NCBI GenBank assembly: GCA_963708725.1
Contig: CAVPTL010000008.1
Span: 530,988-594,987, forward strand
DNA length: 64,000 bases
Reading direction: 5' to 3'
From: an uncultured Actinomycetes bacterium
Lineage (GTDB): Bacteria > Actinomycetota > Thermoleophilia > Gaiellales > JAICJC01
The notes below the pieces were generated by a model. It had not been told where the DNA came from and made no database searches. It saw only the letters and a list, made by a program, of their open reading frames with translations. Made by a program: the position numbers and the translations under genes. Shown here piece by piece: positions 17,534-25,519 of this stretch. Each line of letters begins with the position of its first letter. Position 1 is the first letter of the stretch.

Positions 17534-17563
17534 GTGCCGTAAATGCGAACAGGAGGGGCGAAA

Positions 17564-18925
17564 ATGGCGACAATCGAAGATACGCGGAACCTCGAGGCGG
17601 TTCGCGCTGAGGTCGTGCGAGAGGTGCGCGAGCGCGAGATCAAGTTCGTGCGGCTGTGGTTTACCGACGTGGTGGGACGGCTCAAGAGCTTTGCGATCAC
17701 GGCGTCAGAACTCGAGGGTGCACTCGAGCGGGGGATGGGGTTCGACGGCTCATCGGTCACGGGCTTCAACGCGATCGAGGAATCCGACATGATCGCGATG
17801 CCGGATCCCACCACCTTCAAGGTGCTGCCGTGGCAGACCGGTGAGAGCAACGTGGCGCGCATGATCTGCGACGTGCGCACACCCGACGGTGAGCCGTACG
17901 AGGCAGACTCGCGGCACGTGCTGCGAACCGCTCTGGAGCGGATGCACTCGCTCGGCTTCGACTCGTTCAAGGTCGGCCCGGAACTCGAGTACTTCTACTT
18001 CAAGATCGACGAGCAGGGCCGCCCGCACGCGCTCGACTCCGGCGGCTACTTCGAAGAGACGACGGTGGATGCCTCGGCGGACCTGCGCAAGGAGACCGTG
18101 CTGGCGCTCGAGGGGATGGGGATTCCGGTCGAGTATCTCCACCATGAGGTCGGCCCGTCACAGCACGAGATCGACGTGCGCTACGCCGAGGGTCTCGACA
18201 TGGCCGATCACTGCATCACGTACCGAAATGTCGTGAAAGAGGTCGCCAAGAAGCACGGTATCCATGCGACCTTTATGCCGAAGCCGCTTTTCGGCGTCAA
18301 CGGCTCGGGGATGCACACCCATCAGTCGCTCTTCATCGGCGACTCCAACGCGTTCTATGACCCGGACGACCCGTGGTTTTTGTCCGATGTGGCCAAGAGC
18401 TTCATCGCGGGCCAGCTGCGTCACGCGCGCGAGATCTCGATGCTGTTCGCGCAGTGGGTCAACAGCTACAAGCGGCTGGTGCCGGGGTATGAGGCGCCGG
18501 TGTACGTCGCGTGGTCGCGGCGCAACCGATCCGCGCTGATTCGGGTGCCGCTGTATCACCCTGGCATGGAGAAGGCGACGCGGGCAGAGATTCGCTGCCC
18601 CGATCCGTCGTGCAACCCGTATCTGGCCTTCGCCGGTCTGCTGCACGCCGGGCTGGAGGGGATCGAGAAGGGCTATGAGCTGCCCGATCCGATGGAGAGC
18701 AACCTCTATGACCTGACCGCCCCCGAGCGCGCGAGCCTCGGGATCGACTCGCTGCCCGAGTCGCTGGGTGAGGCGATCGAGGCGGCGGCGAGCTCGGAGC
18801 TCGTTGAGAAGGCACTCGGAAGCGAGCTGCGCGATCGGCTGGTGACGCTCAAGCGCGAGGAGTGGGACGAGTACCGGGTGCAGGTAACGCCGTGGGAGTT
18901 GGAGCGATACCTCCCCACGCTGTAA
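17564..18925 (+). CDS. glnA: glutamine synthetase, type I
   Basis: GS-I motifs (FDGSSVTGF, NGSGMHTHQSLF, VPGYEAPVY…SRRNRSALIRVP). AGGAGG lies 7 nt upstream of ATG 17564. Confidence 0.95.
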   Translation: MATIEDTRNLEAVRAEVVREVREREIKFVRLWFTDVVGRLKSFAITASELEGALERGMGFDGSSVTGFNAIEESDMIAMPDPTTFKVLPWQTGESNVARMICDVRTPDGEPYEADSRHVLRTALERMHSLGFDSFKVGPELEYFYFKIDEQGRPHALDSGGYFEETTVDASADLRKETVLALEGMGIPVEYLHHEVGPSQHEIDVRYAEGLDMADHCITYRNVVKEVAKKHGIHATFMPKPLFGVNGSGMHTHQSLFIGDSNAFYDPDDPWFLSDVAKSFIAGQLRHAREISMLFAQWVNSYKRLVPGYEAPVYVAWSRRNRSALIRVPLYHPGMEKATRAEIRCPDPSCNPYLAFAGLLHAGLEGIEKGYELPDPMESNLYDLTAPERASLGIDSLPESLGEAIEAAASSELVEKALGSELRDRLVTLKREEWDEYRVQVTPWELERYLPTL

Positions 18926-18933
18926 GAGATCGG

Positions 18934-18957
18934 CGACAATCCCCGGATGGATTGTCG
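18934..18957 (+). other. 9-bp hairpin in the glnA-pdtaS spacer
   Basis: CGACAATCC[CCGGAT]GGATTGTCG, with no U-tract after it. Confidence 0.4.
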
Positions 18958-18975
18958 ACTGACCAGGAGTTGCCC

Positions 18976-20469
18976 GTGAGCGCGGTCGCCGAGCGCGACC
19001 GCGCCGCGCGGCACCTCCAGCTTCTGACCGAAACGATCGCGGCGGTCAACTCGACGCTGGACCTGGCCGGCGTGTTCACCCAGATCGCGTCCAAGGTTGC
19101 GCAGGCGATGAACACCGATGCCTGTTACGTGTACCTGTACGACGAGCCCAGCGGCATGCTGGAGCTGCGAGCCACCCACGGTGCCCGCTTCGACGACCCG
19201 GCCCACCGACCGCGGATGGCCCCGGGTGAGGGCATCACGGGTGTGGCGGCGGCATCGCTGCGTCCGGTGACGATCGCGCGGGCGGCGCATCTCGATCCAC
19301 GGTTCCTGTCGTTTCCGAACCTGCCCGAAGACGAGTACGAGTCGATCCTGGCGGTGCCGGTACTGGCTCGCGACAAGCTTGCCGGCGCGCTGAATGTGCG
19401 TACCCGTGAGCCGCGGGTGTTCGGCGCCGACGAGATCGCGTTGCTGTCGGCGATTGCCGGCCAGGTCGGCCAGGCAATCGAGAACGCGAAGCTGTACGAG
19501 CGCTCCCAGCAGCGGGTGGTCGAGCTGGAGGCTCTGGCCGACATCGGTCGCACGATGTCGGGTTCGCTCTACCTGGATGAGGCGCTGGCCGGAATCGCCA
19601 CCCGCGCGATGCGCGCGCTCGGCGCCGACGGCTGCGCGGTCGTGCTCGAAAGCGATGAGGGGATCTCGGTGGGCTTCCGCGAGGGCGTCACCCGATCGGA
19701 CGCCGACCTGATCGCGATGGCGGGGGCCGCCGAGCCCGAGGGCGAGACGTTTCTCGTGCGCCGCTTGCAGTGGAAGCAGCGCGACAACGGGGCGCTGGTG
19801 GTGCTGTCGGAGACTCCGCGCTCGTGGTCGCCCGAGGAACGCTCGTTGCTCACGACGATCGCCCACGCCGCAAGCGCCGCGGTCGCAAACGCCCAGGCGG
19901 CGCTGCGCGGCCTGCTGGCTCAGGAGATTCACCATCGGGTCAAGAACAACCTTCAGACGGTCGCCTCGCTGCTCCGTCTCCAGGCCGGCGCGACCGACGA
20001 CGAGCACGCGTCCAAGGCGCTCGAGGAGAGTGTCAACCGCATTCTTTCGATCGCGGCGGTCCATGATCTTCTGACCGAGTCCCGAGCCGACGATGTCGAC
20101 TGCGCGGGCCTGATCGGCACGCTCGAGGCGATGCTGGGGCAGGGCCTTGGCGGCCGCAGCTTGGACTCTCAGCTCGACTCGGTGAAGCTTTCCGGGGCGC
20201 GCGCCACCGCGCTTGCCCTGGTGTTCTGTGAGCTCTTCCAAAATGCGGTCGAGCACGGTGGCGGCGCTATCCAGGTCGGGTTGAGGCGAACCGGCGAGAC
20301 GATCGAGCTGACGGTCTCGGACGAGGGCAGCGGGCCGTCGTCCGACAGCCAGCCGGGGCTGGGGCTTCGGATCGCGCAGGCGCTTGTCACCGGCGAGCTC
20401 GGCGGGACGTTGGAGCTGGCCACCGCGGGGAGTGGGAAGGCGGTGGTGAGATTTCCGGCCGCGTCTTGA
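18976..20469 (+). CDS. pdtaS: GAF-domain sensor histidine kinase, HisKA_2 type (PdtaS-like)
   Basis: The H-box EIHHRVKNNLQTVASLLRLQ and a C-terminal HATPase region (ELFQNAVEHG…DEGSG…GLGLRI). Start placed at GTG 18976 after CCAGGAG. The track ORF start at 18862 overlaps glnA. Confidence 0.85.
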   Translation: MSAVAERDRAARHLQLLTETIAAVNSTLDLAGVFTQIASKVAQAMNTDACYVYLYDEPSGMLELRATHGARFDDPAHRPRMAPGEGITGVAAASLRPVTIARAAHLDPRFLSFPNLPEDEYESILAVPVLARDKLAGALNVRTREPRVFGADEIALLSAIAGQVGQAIENAKLYERSQQRVVELEALADIGRTMSGSLYLDEALAGIATRAMRALGADGCAVVLESDEGISVGFREGVTRSDADLIAMAGAAEPEGETFLVRRLQWKQRDNGALVVLSETPRSWSPEERSLLTTIAHAASAAVANAQAALRGLLAQEIHHRVKNNLQTVASLLRLQAGATDDEHASKALEESVNRILSIAAVHDLLTESRADDVDCAGLIGTLEAMLGQGLGGRSLDSQLDSVKLSGARATALALVFCELFQNAVEHGGGAIQVGLRRTGETIELTVSDEGSGPSSDSQPGLGLRIAQALVTGELGGTLELATAGSGKAVVRFPAAS

Positions 20470-21020
20470 TCGCCGAGGACGAGACGATCATCCGGCTCGA
20501 TCTGGCCGCGATGCTGCAACGCGCCGGCTTCGAGGTGGTGGCTGAGGCCAGCGACGGTCTCGAGGCGGTCGACCTGGCGGCGTCATCGGCGCCGGATATC
20601 GCGCTGCTCGACGTCAAGATGCCTGGTCTCGACGGCATCGACGTGGCCCGCAAGATCCTGGAGCAGCGTCCGATACCGGTGGTGATCGTGACCGCCTTTT
20701 CGGAGCGCGAGGTGGTGGAGCGCGCGATCGAGGCCGGGGTGTTCGGGTACCTGGTCAAGCCATTTCGCGAGGGTGATCTGTTACCGGCGATCGAGACCGC
20801 CCGGGCTCGTCACGCCGAGCTCGAGGAGCTGCGGGCCGAGTCGGACGACCTTCGCGACGCTCTGGCTGCGCGCAAGGCGATCGAGCGGGCCAAGGGACTG
20901 CTGATGGCTCGCGATGACCTCACCGAGTCAGAAGCATTTGGCCGCATGCGTCGCGCATCTCAGCAAACCGGCCGCTCGATGCGCGAGATCGCCGAGGCCA
21001 TCGTCGCAACCCTTGAATAA
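20466..21020 (+). CDS. pdtaR: response regulator with ANTAR RNA-binding output domain (PdtaR-like)
   Basis: REC domain (IAEDETIIRLDL…LDVKMPGLDG…YLVKP) plus an ANTAR helix pattern (AARKAIERAKGLLMARDDLTESEAFGRMRRASQQTGRSMREIAEAIV). The TTG start overlaps the pdtaS stop. Confidence 0.9.
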   Translation: MIAEDETIIRLDLAAMLQRAGFEVVAEASDGLEAVDLAASSAPDIALLDVKMPGLDGIDVARKILEQRPIPVVIVTAFSEREVVERAIEAGVFGYLVKPFREGDLLPAIETARARHAELEELRAESDDLRDALAARKAIERAKGLLMARDDLTESEAFGRMRRASQQTGRSMREIAEAIVATLE

Positions 21021-21042
21021 CGGTGCCAGGCACCGTTATTCA
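21014..21042. terminator. perfect 14-1-14 palindrome, likely bidirectional terminator; copy A of a repeated element
   Basis: TGAATAACGGTGCC-A-GGCACCGTTATTCA. The stop codons of both convergent genes (TAA 21018-21020 on plus, TAA complement 21036-21038) lie inside its arms. Confidence 0.7.
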
Positions 21043-21617
21043 CTCCCGATCCCGACTGGCGTCGGTCCCTCGGGACAGGGGGCTGGGTCCGGGCGGCAGA
21101 TAACCACGGCGTAGGGTTCGGTCAGGCTGTAGTGGTTGCCGAACCGGTCGTGGTAGCGCACGGTGAAGCCGCGTGCGGTGGCCGCAGTGCCGCGAGTCGA
21201 CTTCAGTCCGATGAGCAGCTGGGCGCCGGCGAGTGGTTCAGATTTCGGCCGGATCACGAAGCCTTGGAGTGGCTTGATGCCTGGGAGTTCAGGGATGTCG
21301 CCCGCAGCTGGCGGATAGTCGTCGGAGCCCGCGAGGTGGTCGTGGGCTCCGTCAGCTGGTCGGGCGAGCCCACCCACCACTCGGAATCCTGGCGTCGCGT
21401 CGATCGGCGTCACGGAGTCGAGTGTGATCGACTCGTTGCTGCCGTTCATCAGGAGAATCCCCCCGAACGTGAACGAGCGTCCAACCTTGACTCCAAACGA
21501 CGCGCCAAGTGCGCTATCCGGCCGTTGGAGGAGTCCGGGAGATTGACCCGCGCATGCAGAGATCACACCTGCGGCCGCTGGGATTGCCAAAACGATGAGG
21601 ATCCGCCTCCAACTCAT
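21036..21617 (-). CDS. putative lipoprotein, unknown function
   Basis: MSWRRILIVLAIPAAAGVISAC: signal peptide with a lipobox-like ISAC. Start at ATG 21617 inside the track ORF. No family recognised. Confidence 0.55.
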   Translation of the reverse strand: MSWRRILIVLAIPAAAGVISACAGQSPGLLQRPDSALGASFGVKVGRSFTFGGILLMNGSNESITLDSVTPIDATPGFRVVGGLARPADGAHDHLAGSDDYPPAAGDIPELPGIKPLQGFVIRPKSEPLAGAQLLIGLKSTRGTAATARGFTVRYHDRFGNHYSLTEPYAVVICRPDPAPCPEGPTPVGIGSE

Positions 21618-21630
21618 CTGTGGAGCGCGC

Positions 21631-22800
21631 TCAGGCACCGGCGAACACACGACTTGCGGTGTCGATCGGGGCGTCATTCCCACAGAGAGTTCGATCGCCG
21701 TTCGGTGAAAATGTCCAGATGCTCTGCACGTTTGTCGAGTAGCCACTCTGGGCTTCGACCGAGATGGGGCCGAGGTCGACGGCAGAGCTGAACCATGTGG
21801 CCTTGTTCTTCCACCGTCGCCAACCCGTTTGCGTGGGCCTAAAGGTGTACGCGTTGGCGCTGTGAGAGCACGCTCCGTCCTCGTCGGAGTTGGTCACTGG
21901 CCCGAGATAGACATCCTTTCCGTCCCATTGGGAAACCACGGTTTTGAGCTGTCGCGTGCAGGTGTTCTGATATCGCCGAACGTCGAAGCCGGCAAGCACG
22001 CGCCGGCCGTCGGCATGGCGCCCTGTGATTCCGGTAAGTCCGGCCGAACCCCAGGAGCTCGAGTTGTCGATATGAATCGCTCCGCCTACGTGCCATGCTC
22101 CGTCCGAACCGGTAACCCCGATCTGAACGTTGGTGTCGGCTTCCGTCCCGTACATGAAGGTGTCGCTCTGGCCCGTCCACGAGTGCACCTCTCCCACAAC
22201 GACAGGTTTAATACCGAGATCGGCGACCTGTGCCCACGAGCAGGGTGGCGACACCGCAGGACTGAACGAGCTGCTCGTACCCAGCGATGGGCGTGGCTTT
22301 AGTCGCATCACTCCCGGAGCGTTCAGAGCGAGGCGCACGATCTTCCGGGTCACGACACCCGAGGAGCTCCGCCATGACCCGGGTCGGGTTTTGGTCGCTT
22401 TCCGGAACTGCGCTGGGAATGACCACGAGGAGGTGAGGCCGATCGATTGATCGGTAGTGTCGAGTTCGAAGTTGGCGAAACCGCCGTTGTTGGCCGCGGC
22501 CGCGGCAATCGCCGGTGTGGCTGCTGAGGCGAGGTCGTACGTACCGTCCGCCCCCGTGGTCGCCGACGCTACGCGCACCGGGGTCACCGTCCCGTTGGCA
22601 GCGGTCTCGTCTGGCCAAAGGCTCACGGTGACGACCGCTCCTGAAACTGGGGCACCCTTGGCGTCGATTACTGTCCCCGAAACCAGGCGATTCCCGTCCG
22701 CATGGTGCGCGTGGGATTGTGGCTTCGTCGCCGCGATCGCTGCCGCCACGAACAGGGCGACCCCACCTGCGATACATGCTGTTTTCCACCGTCGATACAC
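21631..22800 (-). CDS. secreted protein, unknown function, with a possible carboxypeptidase-regulatory-like beta-sandwich near the N-terminus
   Basis: Signal/anchor MYRRWKTACIAGGVALFVAAAIAA, then VSGTVIDAKGAPVSGAVVTVS…TGADGTYDL. The remaining ~280 aa are unrecognised. Confidence 0.55.
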   Translation of the reverse strand: MYRRWKTACIAGGVALFVAAAIAATKPQSHAHHADGNRLVSGTVIDAKGAPVSGAVVTVSLWPDETAANGTVTPVRVASATTGADGTYDLASAATPAIAAAAANNGGFANFELDTTDQSIGLTSSWSFPAQFRKATKTRPGSWRSSSGVVTRKIVRLALNAPGVMRLKPRPSLGTSSSFSPAVSPPCSWAQVADLGIKPVVVGEVHSWTGQSDTFMYGTEADTNVQIGVTGSDGAWHVGGAIHIDNSSSWGSAGLTGITGRHADGRRVLAGFDVRRYQNTCTRQLKTVVSQWDGKDVYLGPVTNSDEDGACSHSANAYTFRPTQTGWRRWKNKATWFSSAVDLGPISVEAQSGYSTNVQSIWTFSPNGDRTLCGNDAPIDTASRVFAGA

Positions 22801-22907
22801 GATAAAGCTCCCTCAAAGAGATTTATCGGCAAACGTACCAGCGTGTATCCGTCGATCAGCTGGGTGTATCGGGGTTGTTACAGTTTTGTCACCATCCCGA
22901 GGTACAG

Positions 22908-24791
22908 CTACACCTGGGACGCGTACTTCTCCCACTCGCGGTACTTGTACGCGATCTCCTGCTGAAGCTCCTGGTGGCGTCGGCCGTCGACGGCGAGCGT
23001 GGTCGGGTCCTCGTAGGCGTCGGGCTCCGATAGCCGCGTCTCGATGGCTCCCAGCTCCTCCTCCATCGCTGCGATCTCGCGCTCCAGCCGTGACGTCTCG
23101 CGCTTGGCGCGTTGCGACGGTCGCTTCTCGTTGCGCGGCTTGGCGGCCGCAGTCGCCTTCTCCTTGCGGGCAGGCGCAGGCGTCGGCTTGCGTGGCGCAG
23201 GAGCGGGGGCGGTCTCGTGCGCACTCGCGTATGCGCCGAACGCTCCTTCACGGGCGATCAGCCGTCCGTCCTCGATCGCCAGCGTGCGGGTGGCGATGGC
23301 CTCGATCAACGCGCGGTCGTGTGAAACCAGGAGCAACGTACCTGGAAAGGCTTCGAGTGCGTCCTCGAGCGCCTCGCGGCTCTCGATATCGAGATGGTTG
23401 GTGGGCTCGTCAAGAACCAGCAGGTTGGCGCCGGAGATCACGGTACGAGCGAGGGCCAGCCTTCGCCGCTCGCCTCCCGAAAGGGCAGACACCGGCTTCT
23501 CGACATCCTCACCTGAGAACAAGAACATTCCCAGCAGATCACGGGCTCGCGGCCCGCTCAGGCCCTCAGCCGTGATCACATCGATCATGCGGTAGGCGTC
23601 AGGTAGCTCGAGCGACTGCTGCGAGTAGTAGGCGACCTCGACGTTGTGGCCGATCTTGACGCGTCCGTGCTCGGGTGCGCGGTTTCCCAGAATCGTCTCG
23701 AGCAGGGTCGTCTTGCCTGCGCCGTTGGGGCCGATCAGGGCAACCCGCTGGCCCCGCTCGATCGCAAACGACGCTCCCTTTACGAGTGTCCGGCCGGCGA
23801 CCCCAATGGTCAGCCCTTCGACGTCGAGCACAACCCGGCCGCTGCGGGCGGGAGCTGGGAACTCGAACCGCAGCGACTTTTGGCCGCTGACCTTCTCGAC
23901 CCGCTCGATCCGAGCCATCGCCTTCAGCTTGGACTGCGCCTGCCGGGATTTGGTGCCGTAGCGGAACCGGTCCACGAACCTCTGGAGATGGGCGAGCTCG
24001 GCCTGCTGGCGGTCGTACGCGCCTGCCTGCGAGGCCAGCCGCTCGGCCTCAACCCGGCGAAAATGGGAGTAGGTGCCCTTCTCGAACCGCCCCTGGCCGC
24101 GCTCGATCAGAAGCACGCCGTTTGCGACCGACTCGAGGAACCAGCGGTCGTGGGAGACGAACAGCACGGCGGCGTCGAGGCTATCGATGTGCTCCTCGAG
24201 CCACTCGATCGCGTCGGTGTCGAGGTGATTGGTGGGCTCGTCGAGCAGCAGCACGTCGGGTTCCGCGGCCAGCGCCCGCGTCAGCGACGCACGGGTCAGC
24301 TCACCACCCGAGAAGCTCCGCAGCGGTCGCTCCAGATCCTCGGGAGAGAATCCCAGCCCGCGGGCGACGCTCTCGAGGCGCGAACGCCAGCCATATCCCC
24401 CCGCGCGCTCGAACTCACGTTGTGCTGCGTCGTAGCGGCGCATCACCGCGGGCTCGGTGTCGCCCTCGGCCATGCGCTGCTCGAGGTCGCGCAGCTCGCC
24501 CTCGAGTCGCTCGGCGGCGGCCGCCCCACCGCCGACGTACTCGCCGAGCGTGGTCTCCGACGCCAGCGGTGGGCGCTGGTCGTGGAGGGCAATGCGGGTG
24601 CCGGTGGTGACCGAGATCTCTCCACGCTCCGGCGTCAGCTCGCCGGCCACCATCCGCAGCAGCGTCGTCTTTCCCGCGCCGTTTCGGCCCACCAGGGCGA
24701 TCCGGTCGCGCGGTCGCACGATCGCCGACACATCGTCGAGCACTTGATCGGCGCCGAACGACAACGCTACGGAGGTGATGTGCACGGTCAT
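22908..24791 (-). CDS. ABC-F family ATPase (two ABC domains plus C-terminal coiled-coil, Uup-like)
   Basis: Two Walker A sites (GRNGAGKTTLL, GPNGAGKTTLL), two LSGGE signatures and a K/E-rich C-terminal tail. Real start at ATG 24791 (MTVHITS). Confidence 0.9.
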   Translation of the reverse strand: MTVHITSVALSFGADQVLDDVSAIVRPRDRIALVGRNGAGKTTLLRMVAGELTPERGEISVTTGTRIALHDQRPPLASETTLGEYVGGGAAAAERLEGELRDLEQRMAEGDTEPAVMRRYDAAQREFERAGGYGWRSRLESVARGLGFSPEDLERPLRSFSGGELTRASLTRALAAEPDVLLLDEPTNHLDTDAIEWLEEHIDSLDAAVLFVSHDRWFLESVANGVLLIERGQGRFEKGTYSHFRRVEAERLASQAGAYDRQQAELAHLQRFVDRFRYGTKSRQAQSKLKAMARIERVEKVSGQKSLRFEFPAPARSGRVVLDVEGLTIGVAGRTLVKGASFAIERGQRVALIGPNGAGKTTLLETILGNRAPEHGRVKIGHNVEVAYYSQQSLELPDAYRMIDVITAEGLSGPRARDLLGMFLFSGEDVEKPVSALSGGERRRLALARTVISGANLLVLDEPTNHLDIESREALEDALEAFPGTLLLVSHDRALIEAIATRTLAIEDGRLIAREGAFGAYASAHETAPAPAPRKPTPAPARKEKATAAAKPRNEKRPSQRAKRETSRLEREIAAMEEELGAIETRLSEPDAYEDPTTLAVDGRRHQELQQEIAYKYREWEKYASQV

Positions 24792-24811
24792 GTCCGTATG
24801 ATGACGGCTCG

Positions 24812-25519
24812 ATGGTCGTGTTGTTCCCCACCTGCCTGGGCGACGCCGTCTCGCCTGCAACGGTGCGTGACGCGACGGCGGTGCTGCGGGCTGCGGGAAT
24901 CGAGCCGGGCCGCCCGAACGGCGCGGCCTGCTGCGGACAGCCGGCCTGGAACAGTGGATTTACCAAAGACGCCCGGCGAGTGGCGCGAGCGACGCTGAAA
25001 GCCCTGGAGCATGCCGAGGCGGTGGTGGTGCCGGCCGGCTCCTGCGCGGCGATGATGCGCCTGCACTGGCCGGTGCTGTTCGAGGGCGCCGAGCGCCAAC
25101 GGGCCAAAGCGGTGGCGGGCCGCGTGTATGAGCTGTCGCAGTACCTCGTTGACGTGTTGGGGGTGACGTCAATCGGAGCTCCCAGCGAGCAGACGGTCGC
25201 ATACCACGACTCGTGCCACATGCTTCGCGAGCTGCGCATCCACGATCAGCCGCGCACGTTGCTTCGGTCGGTCGCCAATCTGGTTGAGCTTCCGCGCTCC
25301 GACCGCTGCTGTGGGTTCGGCGGGACGTTCAGCGTTCGCTATCCCGAGGTATCGACGGCAATGGCCGACGACAAGCTGGCTGCGGCTTCGACCGCCGGCA
25401 TCGACCTGATCGCAACCGCCGATCCCGGGTGTGCCCTACAGATCGGCGGACGGGCGTCGCGCACCCGCGCGCCCGTGCAGGTCGAGCATCTGGCCTCGGT
25501 GCTGGCGAGGGCGTTGTGA
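24812..25519 (+). CDS. lutA: L-lactate utilisation protein LutA ((Fe-S) oxidoreductase with CCG motifs)
   Basis: LFPTCLGD…CCGQPAWNSG…HDSCH…CCGFGG pattern, followed by lutB and lutC. Confidence 0.9.
   Translation: MVVLFPTCLGDAVSPATVRDATAVLRAAGIEPGRPNGAACCGQPAWNSGFTKDARRVARATLKALEHAEAVVVPAGSCAAMMRLHWPVLFEGAERQRAKAVAGRVYELSQYLVDVLGVTSIGAPSEQTVAYHDSCHMLRELRIHDQPRTLLRSVANLVELPRSDRCCGFGGTFSVRYPEVSTAMADDKLAAASTAGIDLIATADPGCALQIGGRASRTRAPVQVEHLASVLARAL

Noticed and set aside
17422-17563. Glutamine riboswitch (glnA RNA motif), T-box or other known riboswitch in the glnA leader.
   Set aside because: The leader is short (142 nt) and is fully accounted for by two small hexaloop hairpins plus a terminator. 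I could not see the E-loop or pseudoknot core of the glutamine riboswitch or a T-box specifier and T-box sequence. Only a covariance-model search could formally exclude them.
16195-20256. Antisense ORFs 16195..17970 (591 aa) and 18706..20256 (516 aa) across the HD-GYP, glnA and pdtaS genes.
   Set aside because: They have the same shadow-ORF composition. They would also run through the terminator and ribosome-binding-site region of glnA, and they show no domain signatures.
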